NCBI GenBank assembly: GCA_964016885.1
Contig: OZ024741.1
Coordinates: forward strand, 232,128,001-232,192,000
Length of the DNA: 64,000 bases
From: Eledone cirrhosa
Lineage: Eukaryota
Direction: 5' to 3'
The position numbers and the translations under genes were made by a program. The notes under the pieces are model-generated. The model was given only the letters and a program-made list of their open reading frames with translations, ran no database searches and was not told the DNA's origin. Below are positions 29,933 through 43,439 of the stretch, one piece after another; the first letter of the stretch is position 1, and each line of letters opens with the position of its first letter.

Positions 29933-32145
29933 TATATAACTAAAATAGAAAAAAAGATTGCCGACATACGAAAAACCATAAGATACGTAATAATGCTCCT
30001 TACATGCAAACAAAAACAAAAAACCTCACTCCTCACCAACAAAGAGTGAAAAATAAAATAGAAACAATGTTTGGTAACAGTAGAACCAGAACGCTTCAAT
30101 ATAAGCTGATCACGCTCAAACAAGAATTGTCAGCGAGAGATGCTGATACCTGAAGAATGTAGATGAAAGAAATGTGCTTAATAAAAGATTCAGTCAAAAC
30201 CAAACATCAGTCTGTAGAGATATGAAGAGCAACATAATAAGTGTCCCTGAGGTCACATCCCAGAACGACAGATTCGCTTTGGAGAAAAATATGGGGTGAA
30301 AAGAAGAAAACCCTTGAGACTGTGATAGGAAAACTCAAAGATGAGAAAACACCGGGAAGAGACATGATTGTCGGCTACTGATACAAAAAACTGATATTCT
30401 ATCGGAGGTATCTTATCGACCTCTACCAACTAGTTCTCAAGGGAGATACACTTATACCAGAATGGTTGACATTAACACAAACAATACTGGTCCCCAAGAA
30501 CAAGGACACCGACTTGGCAGAATCTACCGACCCATTGCATGCCAGAATCTGATGATATAAAATGTATGCAGCCTGCCTGAACCTGTTCCTCCAAGATCAA
30601 TGTGAAAATAATAACATCACAGATGATCAACCAGCTGGAAAGAAATGGATTTGGGTGTGTGCTGAACAATTCCTAATCAACAAATCTGCGATGTCGAAGG
30701 TGCGACAATGTAAGAGGAATATGGCTACAGTCTGGCTGGACTGGATGAAAGCTTTCGGTTATGTTCCCCTCTCTTGGATCCTAGATGCCCTCCGACTGGC
30801 TAAAGTCCCAGACATTATTATCAGAGCAATAGAGAAGCTGTCTTCTTCTTGGGCTACTATCTTAAAGTTAAAGATAGAGAAGGAGGACTCTATTTTCACT
30901 GATAAAATAAAATATCGCTGGGGTATATTTCAAGGAGACAGTCTCTCTATGATACTATTTATCCTCTCATTAAACACCCTTGTCCTTTCCGCTGAAGAAA
31001 TATAAAGGATACATCATTGGCTCACAGGAGTACAGAAATACGAACTTAACCCATACTTTGTTTGTGGATGATTTGAACTCTATGCCAATAACATAAATAG
31101 GATGAAGAAAAATCTGGACTCGGTTACAACATCTTCAAAGGATATAGGAATGGAGTTTGGCCAATATAAATGTTCATATATGATTGTAAAGCGGGGAAAA
31201 ACTACATCCCAATCTAGCTATATTGTCATCAATGGCCTAATTGTTTCGCCGTTATCTGATGAGGACTACTACAGATACCTGGGGATAGATGAGAATATAT
31301 CCTATAATGGTATCTGTAATAAGGAACGCGTAACCAGGGTATATTACACCCGATTAAGAAAAATGTGTTCATAGGAACTCTCTGTGCCCAATAACAGTGG
31401 CTCACAATGAGTTTGCTGTGCCTGTCCTAACACCAACGATTGGAATACTCGATTGGACGATAAACGAAATCCTAGCAATTGGTATTAGGACTCGAAAAAT
31501 ACTAAACAACAACGGACCCTTCCACATCAACACTGAGATAGACCGCCTCTACTTCAAATATATTCCCTGCGTGATAATCAAAAAATTACACCCAGGTATG
31601 TTGCTCAGCAGGACCTCAGTGAATCCATGGATGAAAAGCTACATGCTTAATCAGCAAAAAATCATTCATGGATATGTTGCCAGGAAGCTCCAGAGTGAGA
31701 GTAATATAAATAAACAAAGTAGATTATCTTGGACCAACAACCCCTATATTGGCTCCCACTTTGAAGGATATACATTTGCAATCCAAGAACAGGAAATCAA
31801 CACGTAATACCTGATTCACAAAATATATGGGGATGCAGGAAAAACACCTAGATGTGACAAGTGCAGACTCTGCAGAATTAACATCGAAGATTTCACCCAT
31901 GTCATAAGTAACTGTCCAAAGATTTCATCGCGGTACTATTTACCTATGAGGCATGATGTAGGGGCCAAAACACTGTACTAACATATCCCAGTGCCCGACT
32001 GTCTCTCTCTCTATTGGAAAAAAAATTGTGAAATTATAAAAGCAGACGAAAATACATACATACATACATACATAATACATACATACATGATGGCTTCCCC
32101 CTCGTTATCGAGTATGGTCATTGCACGATGTACCATTATTAATAA

Positions 32146-35100
32146 CTAGCTGACGTACCCACCTTCGCCCGGGTAAACAGATGATAAGAGAAGACAGGTA
32201 AAAGAGAAAATGACTGTAGTGGATGTTTGTCTGGTTACAGTGTGAGGCGAGTCCGTGGTGTTTGTGTGATACCAAAAACAGTAAACAAAATCTTCAAAAT
32301 ATACCAGATTCTTCGTTTTACCGTTTGTGCATGGTATATGAACAATTCTAGGTGCTCCCACCTAGAATAGTGACCTCTAGGATATGGTTCATCTTCTGCC
32401 TGACTGTAAAACGTATATCATTGCATAGACGTGGTTGTTCCACGTTTCTCAAAAGGATGATGGAAGTTCCAATCTTTTATATTATATGTAGATATAGATA
32501 TAGATAATTAATATAAAAGATGTCCGTCAATGTAAAAAAGGTCCCTATTTACTTCAAATGGTTTATACAAATGCCAAATTAATATGGATATGGATAACAT
32601 GCTTATCTATAAGTGGTCATCTATAATAATAAAACAAAAAAATATATGACACAAACATTTATTCAGTAATTTCCAGGTTCTTAGCCACTGAGTAATGGAC
32701 AGTCAATATTGCCCAGAGTTCAACTCGGGGAGGTGGCCTGGTTCGAACTCCAAATGGCGGATCCTTCTACTTCAAAAATAGAATCGTTTTTCAATATTAC
32801 TCTAGCCCTGGCCGGCCATAGGCACCAAACTTTTTGCCAGACTCAGCATAAGATGAGGTTTTATTACCACCGCTATCAGAACCGATAAATTTGAAGGCAA
32901 TTTCTACCAATACTTGTTAGTTTTTATTGCTCATTATCGACAATAAATGACATTGAACAGAAATGTTAACTCTGCCAAAGCTTACAATACTGATCAAAAG
33001 ACACCAATCATATACGTTGCTTATTTATAGGATTAAAGATATGCATACATCAGCTCAAAGCTTCATTATAGACAATATTCAGGGTTGTTCCTCTGTTAGT
33101 GGTATCAATTGCAAATGTTACACCATCAGGATCACACACTCGAGATGCAGCAACATACAGTTTCCCATGGCTGAATGCTAGATCATTCAAGTAGACACCG
33201 ACTCGCTTGAAAGTCTGTCCCTGTGCCTTGTTGACAGTCATGGAGAAGGCCAAACTGACGGGAAACTGTCTCCTTTGCCAAATAAATGGCAGCAGATCTT
33301 CACTATGATCTCAGCATGATCCTCGGAATGAGAACCGAGTCCTCTCTGCCTGGGAGTTTAGCTCTAAAACTCTTCCGTTAATCAATCGCTCAACAATCAA
33401 TCTGGTACCATTGCAAAGACACATTTTATGATTGATATTTCCAAGCAATATAATCGGCATACCCTTTTTCAACCTCAAAATATGTGAGGGAATCCAGGTA
33501 TTTGAAGTGAATTCAGATACATAGTCAGAACATCCATATTGTTCTGCTGATTAGGCTCCATTGCATCCACACTGACGGTCAACCATTCCTCTCCAGGAAA
33601 CATTCCGTCTACTTGTGAATTTATTTCATCGACCGTTGCATTCGTATGAGTTATAATAACGCGTTCCGATATCCAGGAGATATTCTGCCAAAAAGCATTC
33701 AAATTAGGGAACACCCAGTCAATCAATGTTTGGCGGTCCAGTGCCATGACCAAATGGTCTGGGATTCTTACAGTCTGATTATCACCAACGTGTGGCAATT
33801 CATCGTTTCCCAACTGCATCAGCCATCGGCTGTATCTCTCAGCCTCTTCGTTTTGCCCGAACATACGAAGTCGTATATTATCGTGTAATCTCAAAATCTG
33901 AAATGGCGTCACAACGGGGACTTTTCCAGACATGCATCGACAATTTGCGTTATTTGAGCATTCCTAACAATTGGTAGCACCTGTCTGAAATCGCCACCAA
34001 GAACGATAGTCTTACCACCGAATGGCAGGTCACTACTGCAGATATCTCTCAAAGTTCTGTCCAATGCCTCCAGCAAATATCTGTGTACCATTGGAGTCTC
34101 GTTTCAAATAATCAGAGACGTATTGCGTATAAGGCCCGCGAGTTTACTTTGTCCTGTAATGTTACAGACACTCACCTCATCCGGAGCCAATGGAGCCTTG
34201 AAGCATGAGTTGAAGGTCCTCCCACCACTCAGAAAAGTGGCAGCGATCTCACTGGTGGCCACAGGGAGAGCAATCATCCTCTGAGCTCTGACTGCCGATA
34301 ACACAGTGTTGAAACAGAATGTCTTTCCGGTGCCTCCTGGAGAATCTATGAAAGCACAAAGCTGCTCATTAGTGGAAATCGAGTGGAGAACGCCATCGAT
34401 CTATTCTCTCTGAGATTGGGTCAACATTGGCATACGTTCAGCCACAATACGTTGTTGTTCCAGTGGATCAAACTGAAATAGTTCCCTCCAATCGAGTGGA
34501 AACTGTCTAAGCTGCAATCTCATGTTCAATGCTAAGACACGTTGCCGCATTTCTTCATCAGGAATTGGCAAATTGAAACCTGTTAAACATTTGAAATGAA
34601 CTTCAAGTAGTTGTTCATGATCCACCTGAAGATGATGCCTAAAATCATCAGCCATAATTCCCCAATGGCGTTCAAATATCTCTCTTGGATCTGCAGGATT
34701 GCAGAATCCTAGAATCGTGACAAACAACTACCTTATTTGAGCTGGCATCTGTGTTGTTCCTGCAGCTTCCATGGCGTTATTCCATTCAGCGTCATCCTGA
34801 AGGAGTCCCAGATGCTGACACACAGCCTGGTATGTTTCATATTCCACGCCATTGATTGTTTTCAAATCAGCGAAGCTCTGTTTACCTCTCGAAAAATCAC
34901 TATGCAACAGAATTCCGAGATAAAACACACCAGCAGATGCTGGATGGATATTACAAACGCGTCCAATAATCATGAATCTCAACTTGTGTTTTCTATCATT
35001 CCATTTCTGTCCCTTCTTATCCCACGTATAATGCGAAGGAAAATCGCAGTAGAGCTGCCTTTGATCCGGGTTCAAATAATGTTCCCTATTATGCTTGAAC

Positions 35101-38093
35101 CACTCAGTCAATTCCGTCTTAGGAGAGATGGTGCGTTAGCAATTCTTTCGACACCTCTTCTACTGTCCTGAAAATAGAGGATTTGCTTATTCTCTAAGTG
35201 AACCGTCAGTTTCTGAACGCTGGGTTTTCGTTCATTGAGATGAAAATCGAACAATCTCCAGCAAGCTTCGCTATATCCAATCGAGCGAGCATCCTGGAAC
35301 CTGCCAACTTCATCTCCTTGGTTCGCTTCCTCATTCCTGACATTGATCATTGCCCGATCATGACCTTTGTAAACATATTTGAATAGATATTTGCAAGCTT
35401 TCACTGAGCTACAAATTTCCACATTAATATGACAACGATATTTCATAATCAAATATGGATTGAATGGCACAACCCATTGATTTGTAACCTGTCGACCGTT
35501 TACATTTTCGACCAAATTGCCATCAGCAGGCGACCGTCTTCTGTATGAGGGATGAGTATCCCCAGCGTTCCAGGAAGTGTTCGTGACAAAAGATTTCGGA
35601 AAGTACTTACTGCATTGGCCATTTTTCATGCAAGGCGCTTTCCGATTTGCCACTCCGCATTGGTTGTGCACCATTGACTTTGCCACCAAGTTGCGTAGTG
35701 CCTCATTCTCCGGCAGTTCAGCACACACAATGCTGTCGACATCCTCAGCACATCTCAATTTGCAATATCTATGTAAAATGATCAGCAAATGTGCATGTGG
35801 CAATCCTCTTTGTTGTAATTCAATTACGTATGTAAAAGCAACTATACCTCCAAAGATTGCCTCTTTTTCCACATCATCCATTATTATTTTCAGATATCCT
35901 TTGAATACTCTTGCCACAATATGAGGACGGTCCTTTGGCTGTTGTCCTGGCAAAAGTGCATCCTTAATATCAATCCATTCAGGATTGCATGTAACCGTTA
36001 TAAACAAATCTGGCTTTCCAAACTTTCTGACAATAGCCATTGCATCCTGATAGCAAAAGTTCATATATCTCGGGCCGCCGAGGAACGACGATGGCAAAAT
36101 GATGCGTCGACCAATTTGCTTGTAATTGGCATCATCGGCTGTTATCGCATCCTGTATATTATTATACAATTCAGCTCTGACATGTTGCTGATGTGTAGCT
36201 ATATAATTTAGGCTTTGATTTTCGATCTTTGCGAATGCCATACAACAGTATTCCTGGAACAATATGCTGGCTTGAAATAGCGCATTTCTCTGTTGATTCT
36301 TCTCGTTCAAATGGAAAGCGTAAAAGTCGCGAATCGAATTATTGTGTCTATTGCCACCTCCCTGTTGATGTTGATTCTCATGATCATCTAAATGAACAGA
36401 CATGTTCCATCCTTTTTCACCTTTTGGGAATAAAAGAACATAATGCAATGGATCGTATGCTCTATTTGACTCATTGATAGTCTTGAGACCAGCATCTCTG
36501 CGATTGAGGACGATATCGCTCGATCCAGGCTTATCGCCCATCAACACAGCAACTTCACGAAATCCTTCAGGGGCATTATATCGCCGTTCGTGTTGATTCC
36601 TTGGCACTGCGTCAACCTTAATCACCAATGTTTGCTGCTGAACATTTTGCAGTTCAGCCACCAACATGAAATCCATATCATAAGGATTACACTGTCTAAG
36701 CCATGATTGCAAATAACGGAACAAATCACTTAACCTTTGCCGTTCAAGTTCAGTTATAATTCCTGGCAACTTCATCCAACCGACCCTGATATCCTCCTCC
36801 GATTCACTATAATCTGGATCGTTAACGTAAATTTGAGCGAATCGAGGCCTCTCTCCTGGGGTAACTTCTAAATTACCGATACAATGATACAAACGGCCTT
36901 GAATGACTACATTCGGTTGCCATGCTCCACTCTCAAACATCTCACTAACTCTCTGCGATGCTAAAGCTAATGAATTGTTAATTTGCCGCGAATATTTGCG
37001 CACTAATCTACCTCCGTCTCCTTGATCACCCCACATACTTAGCATTTTAAACTCCTGTGACTCCTCATCATCCGGCATATTCGCAAGGGTTCTAGTTGAA
37101 CTGCTCCTTTATGACAGCACATTGTGGTCCACGTCTTTTCGTGCCTCCAAAGCAATGCTCCACAATGTAGACACTCTGCTCGTCCACCAATCTGAAAATG
37201 ACACGGTTGCCACGAACCATTTTTAATATCATCCGTTCGCCTTCTGGTCTCTTTACTGGAATGAGGAGCAGTTTGGTGACACATTCTCTGAACTTCTGTA
37301 TTGCGCTGGCGCTGTTCAGTCAGCTCCTCTTCATCCATCGCCGCACGCCGTTGCTGCTGAATTCCGGCCATCTGTTGATGATGCCAGCCAGTTCGTCTTC
37401 AACCATTGCAGCACGCCGTCGCTGCTTGGCTCCAGTGTTTCGTTGGCGTTGTTCAGCCAGCTCCTCTTCATTCATGGCGGCACGTCTTCGCCTCTGAAGT
37501 TCAGCGTTCCGATGGTGCTGTTCGGCCCGTTTTTCTTCATTGCTGGCTGCACGCCGTCGCCGCTGTAGTTCACTGTTTGATAAAGTCGAATTGCTTTTAT
37601 TATCAGTATTCATTTCGAGCAATGTCAAAATATGGCACAATAATAAATATAAAAGATGTCCGTCAATGTTAAGAAAGGTCCCTATTTACTCCCTTCACAA
37701 CTCTGTGTATGTTAGACTGACATACAGGCACACAGACAGATAAACTGCGTGGCGATTGTGGAACGCTACACACATACACGCATGGAAACGCGCACACGCA
37801 CGCAAACTTATACACGCGCACACTCACACATGTTGATAGTTTTTACTTTCTGTGGAATGCTGCACGCACGCACACACACATAAATATACGCGCACGTACA
37901 TACACACGTACACATGTTAATAGTTATTGAACACAGCGTTCACACTCTCCCCTCTCACTCCCTCATTCGCATTATGCATATTAATTTAAGTTTGGCGTGG
38001 TTGAGGTTACCGGTGTCGTTTGAAACCTATGAACCAATGATAATCGAGAATTATGACACACGGAATACTGACGTTCTTGAAATTAATAAATAT
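32146..38093 (-). mobile_element. Composite Helitron: autonomous-type RepHel region plus a short terminal unit (32146-~32491)
   Basis: 3' end acccgggcgaaggtgggtacgtcagCTAG|T. The host repeat is split at 32145 and resumes at ~38095. The 5' TC is not cleanly seen. Confidence 0.8.
33050..37640 (-). pseudogene. Helitron Rep (HUH-Y2) / PIF1 helicase ORF with several stops and frameshifts
   Basis: CLHCGALLW..CCHKG finger; PDLFITVTCNPEW; VIELQQRGLPHAHLL; KYLFKYVYKG; FIDSPGGTGKTF; GGDFRQVLP; LCNGTRL; AFSMTVNKAQGQT; FSHGKLYVAASRV. Confidence 0.97.
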
Positions 38094-38214
38094 ATTATTA
38101 ATTAATTCTATCGTGCAATGCCTGTGCGTGAAGATATTTTTTAAAATGAGGAAATACTGTGCACTGAGCCAATCCCATTCTCTGAGCGACATACATAAAT
38201 ACAAACATACATAC

Positions 38215-41200
38215 AGATCAGTCGCATATTTTGGCGTGGGAGACTATTTATTAAATTTAAGATGAATACTATCTCCGTCAGTAATGCCACAACTACAGTC
38301 AGGTTGAATAACTGGTTTTTCTTCTAACTATATCTTCTGAAGACACCTTTTATTCGAATTCGTAGAGATATCCGACTAAATACTTAATTCATTTTACAAG
38401 GATTTGCTACAAACAGCATGGCGGAAAACAACATCAACAACAAAATTTAGGAAGTATCGAAGACAAACAACAAGAAAGGTAAACAAACGTTATTCAGTTG
38501 TAGCTACAGAAGAAACCGAAATTATAAATCGCATTTCTCTTGGAGTTGAGAACTTAATAATGATTTATTTAATTGTTATAAAATGGCAAAAAACAATCCC
38601 TTCATTGGCTATATGAACAGAATGAAGCTACGCTGCGACGAAATGCACCCAGAGCTAAATTATTTCACAGCGAAACAATTACGCCAACAAGCGGCGTTTG
38701 CTGAACGTAAAAATAAGATAAATATTATTAATTGTAAGTCCCCCACAAAAAAACGTGGGATCAACAACACGTGCTACAGGTCGCCATGCTACTAGACTTC
38801 CTAGTAGCCAGGTCGAACCGCGCCTTGAAACAATTATGCCTGTAAGAAACTTGACACCACCTGTACCATCTAAGTCTACCTCGAATGCTGGGGAAAACAC
38901 TATCGATAATAATAATAGAAGAAATTTGACCCCACGTGTACCATTCGAGTCTACCTCGACTGTTGTGGAAAATACTATCGATAATTATGATAATCAAAAG
39001 TATAAACAATTGAAAATTTCCCTCAACGAAATCTTCCAGAGAGTAATTAATTCATGTATAAATATCTCTCTTGCTGAACCTATTAAAACGACAATGTTTA
39101 ATAAATAAAAAACCCAAATAATGAAATATTACGTGTTATTGACGAAATAGAGGATGAATATTTACGACGGATAAAACCCCAACATTTTGGCAAATCAACG
39201 CTTATTTATATGCCTTAGCAACGACAGTGAAGCATTATCTTGGTGATAGCAGAGATATTAACAAGAACAAAACACCACGAAAAATACCATCAAAGCAGAA
39301 AAAAAGATTGCTGACCTACGAAAAAACATAGATGTGACAATGCTCCTTACATGCAACAATAACAAAAAAACCTCACTCCTCACCAACAAAGAGTGAAAAA
39401 TAAAATAGAGACGATGTTTGGTAGCAGTAGAACCAGAAGGCTTCAATATAAGCTGATCACCCTCAAACAAGAATTGAGAACTGTTAGCGAAAAACACCGA
39501 TACCTGAAGAAGGTAGATGAGAGAAAAGTGCTTAATAAAAGATTCAGACGAAACTAAATATCAGTCTATAGAGTTATGAAGAACAAAATAATAAGTGTCA
39601 CTGAGACCCCATACCAGAGAAACATAGATTCCATTTGGAGCAAAATATGTGGTCAAAAGAAGAATTTCAACCAAGATGTAGTGTGGTTAAAAGAAATCCG
39701 AAAGAACTATTGCTCCTACACTACGACAAAAACATACGAAACAAGTGAGGGTACCCTTGAGACTGTGATAGGAAAACTACAAGATAAGAACACACCACAA
39801 AGAGACATGATTGTCGGCTACAGGTTAAAAAAGCTGATATTCTATCGGAGGTATCTTACTGACCTCTACCAACAAGTTATTAAGGGTGATATACTTATAC
39901 CGGAATGGTTGACATTAGTACAAACATTACTGGTTCCCAAGAACAAAGTCACCCACTTGGCAACATACTACCGACCCCTTACATGCCAGAACCTGATGTA
40001 TAAGATGTATACAGCCTGCCTGAACCTATTCCTCCAAAATCACTGTGAAAATAATAACATCATCACAGATGAACAAACAGCTGGAAAGAAAGGGGGTTTG
40101 GAGATGTGCTGAACAACTCCTGATCCATAAAACTGGGATATCGGAGGAGCGACAACTTAGGAGGAATATGGCTACAGTCTGGCTGGACTACAGGAAAGCT
40201 TTCGAATCTGTTCCCCACTCTTGGATGATAGAGGCCCTCCAACTTGCTAAAGTTCCAGACATTATTGTCAGAGCTATAGAGAGGCTGTCTTCTTCTTGGA
40301 CTACTATCCTAAGGGAGGACTCTATTTTCACTGATGAAATAAAATATCGCAGGTGTATATTTCAGGGAGACGGTCTCTCTGTGATATTATTCATCTTGTC
40401 ATTACACCCCTTGTTCTTTTGGCTCACAGGAGGACAGAAATACAAACCTAACCCATAATTTCTTTGTGGACGATCTGAAACTCTATGCCAGGGACATGGA
40501 TGGGATACAGAAAATTCTTGACCTGGTTACAACGTTCTCAAAGGATATAGGAATGGAGTTTGGCCAAGATAAATGCTCATACATGACTGTAAAGCGGGGA
40601 AAAACAACAACCCAATCTAGCAACATTGTCATCAATGGCCTAACTGTTTCACCGATATCTGATGAGGACTGCTACAGATACCTGGGCATAGATGAGAACA
40701 TATTATATAATGGTATCTGTAATAAGGAACGCGTAACCAGGGAATACTACACCCTATTAAGAAAGATTGGGTCATCGGAACTCTCTGCGCAAAACAAAAC
40801 AGTGCCTCACAATGTGTTTGCTGTGCCTGTCCTAACACCAACGTTTGGAATACTTAATTGTAAGATAGACGAAATCCGAGCGGTTGATGGTGGAACTCTA
40901 AAAATACTAAACAACACCCGAAACTTCCACATCAACAGTGACATAGACCGCCTTTACTTGAAACGTAAGCAGGGAGGCAGAGGCCCAACATCCGTCCAGA
41001 CAGCATTTGAATGTCGCATCATATCCCCCCGACAACATCTACGAACCTCGAAGAGTAGCAGCCCGTCTGTCGAGCAATTACATCTGCAAGAAACAGATAA
41101 GATCCTGAGAGTTGGGAAGGAACTCCTCGAGAGATATTCACTGTGTGATAATCAAAAACTCACACCCAGGGAAGTCGCTCAGCAGTATCGCAGTGAATAC

Positions 41201-42247
41201 ATGGATGAAAATCTGCATGTTTATCAGCCAAAAAATCATGAATGGATATGTTGCCAGGAAGCTCCAGAGTGAAGTAATGTAGATACGAAAAGTAGTCTAT
41301 CTTGGACCAGCAACCGCTATATTGGCTCCCACTTTGAAGGATACGCTTTTGCAATCGAAGAACAGCAGATTAACACGAAATGACTTATTGACAAAAGAGA
41401 TAGGGATGCAAGCAAAACACCTAGATGTGATAACAAGTGGAGACTCTGCAGAATTAACATCGAGGATATCACCCATGTCATCAGCAGCTGCCCGAAGATG
41501 TCATCGCGGTACTATCTACCTACGAGGCAGGATGCAGTGGCCAGAACACTGTACAATGCAGTCCGTAAAAAAGGTAGCACCGATAATAAACACATTAAAA
41601 GCTACAGCAATGTGGAAGACATCCACGTACATAATATGAAAGAGTACTGGTGGAATGTTCCAGTAAAAACCCCAATAAAATGCAGGCATAACTGACCAGA
41701 TATTATGATATGGGACAGGGAGAAGAAAGCATGCACATTAGTGGAAATTAGCTGCCCAGCAGATGCCAATGTATTATCAAAGATTAGCGAAAAGGAGAAT
41801 ATTTATGCAGAACTGATGAGACATCAGCAGATACTCCACCCTGATTACACCTTCAGATTATTGGGGCACTGGGGTATGTTAGTAACTGCCGCAATACAAA
41901 TCTTGAGAAGCTAGGCTACACAGGAACAGAAAGGACACAACTAGTTAGGAAATTACAAGTACAATCCATTAATGGAACAGTAAAAATATGTAAAACATTC
42001 CAAACATTTTGCATCTAATAACTGCATATACACATGTACTGATGCAAAGAATATACACTTGCACACATACAACTCAAAACATCCACATCCACACATACAA
42101 TAACATCCATATCTACACATGCAATCATGCATAAATAATCTACCTAGTTGATGTTGTTTAAATTCCAATGAGAAAGTATTGTGTCTATGTTAGAAACCGA
42201 CTCTCTCTCTATTGGAAAAAATATGTGAAATTATAAAACCAGAAGAA
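38215..42247 (+). mobile_element. R4/Dong-type (RLE clade) LINE, copy B; near full length, decayed
   Basis: YRPLTCQN, WLDYRKAFESVPHSW, IFQGDGLS, VDDLKLYA, RKQGGRG, CCHC finger, RHN*PDIMIWD..LVEISCP..K restriction-like endonuclease. (ACAT)n flanks. Confidence 0.93.
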
Positions 42248-42398
42248 CATACATACATTCGTACATGCTAGCATGCATGCATGACAATTAAGTTTGTTTT
42301 GAAACAGCTTTCGCTTTTTCTTTTACTAAAGAATTTTTTAGCCGGTTATAATTCTCCGGGCTTATAATTCTCTAAAAATGGAAAAGGATTAGTATTGA

Positions 42399-42461
<63 letters not shown>

Positions 42462-42805
42462 TAGATATAGATGTATTCATTCATATGTTGTAGCTCAACA
42501 AAGGATAGAATTGGTCATTCCAGTTAGTTAGGCAGGAAGTATTAATAGGAAAACCACTCTACGATATGAAATGCATCTATTGTCGATGTTGAATCCCCTA
42601 GCTGATGCAGAAATGGAGTTATATATTAATTTGATTAAAATAAAATGAGACAAGACTTGTGATATCTCTTTAAACGTTTATTGTTGCAAAATGCAATACG
42701 GGCTGGATATGTAAGACCCTGGCAACATCATAAAGTGGTATTTGCATAATTAGTTAATTAATAATAGGATTTATGGCAATCACAGTCTTTTAGCAACAAT
42801 AAAAC

Positions 42806-42937
<132 letters not shown>

Positions 42938-43005
42938 GTGTGTATGTGTGTGTGTGTACGTGTGTGTGTGTGTGTGTGTATATATACATACTTTATTATT
43001 GGCAG

Positions 43006-43149
43006 GTTGTTCTAAGATGCACTACGGAATGGAATGTACAGAGACATGTCATTGTGAACCTGAAGGCTTTTGTGACCTACAGACAGGTATTTGTCCAAAC
43101 AAGTGCGAACCAGGATATTTTGGTACAACTTGTCAATTGAGAACTTACA
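43006..43149 (+). CDS. Host gene exon C: EGF-like (MEGF/laminin-EGF type) repeat
   Basis: ggcag|GT...TACA|gtaagt. 144 bp. CSKMHYGMECTETCHCEPEGFCDLQTGICPNKCEPGYFGTTCQ has EGF cysteine spacing. Confidence 0.92.
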
Positions 43150-43439
43150 GTAAGTACATTCTAATCTGGCGGTTTTGCTCTCTGCACTTCAATATGTAGG
43201 TTCCTATACACGTATAGTGCATAAGGCATACTACAGGAACATTTACATAACGTTTTGGCTAAAATATGTCAACTTTTCGGTGAAGTCTACATATTTTTTT
43301 CTTTACGCTTAGATATGTTAAGTTTGTGCATGATTATGTTCCATTAAGTAATGTATCAGGTGTTGTTTGTTGCCGAATTAATCAATATTCGGATTCACCC
43401 CCCTACTTTATTGGACACATAACATTTTTAATCCATTTG

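Larger units (their letters stand above)
27238..32051 (+). mobile_element. R4/Dong-type (RLE clade) LINE, copy A; decayed and interrupted by two Helitrons
   Basis: WLDWMKAF..VP.SW, GIFQGDSLS, FVDDL, YRYLGI, CDKCRLC. Colinear with 38215-42247. (ACAT)n on both flanks. Confidence 0.9.

Noticed and set aside
38225-38320. Possible HDV-like ribozyme at the R4-type LINE 5' end
   Set aside because: Hairpins are present but I could not assemble the nested double pseudoknot by eye; needs a motif search.
42660-42740. Degenerate hammerhead-like string on -
   Set aside because: Both core boxes are mutated; cannot be told from chance.
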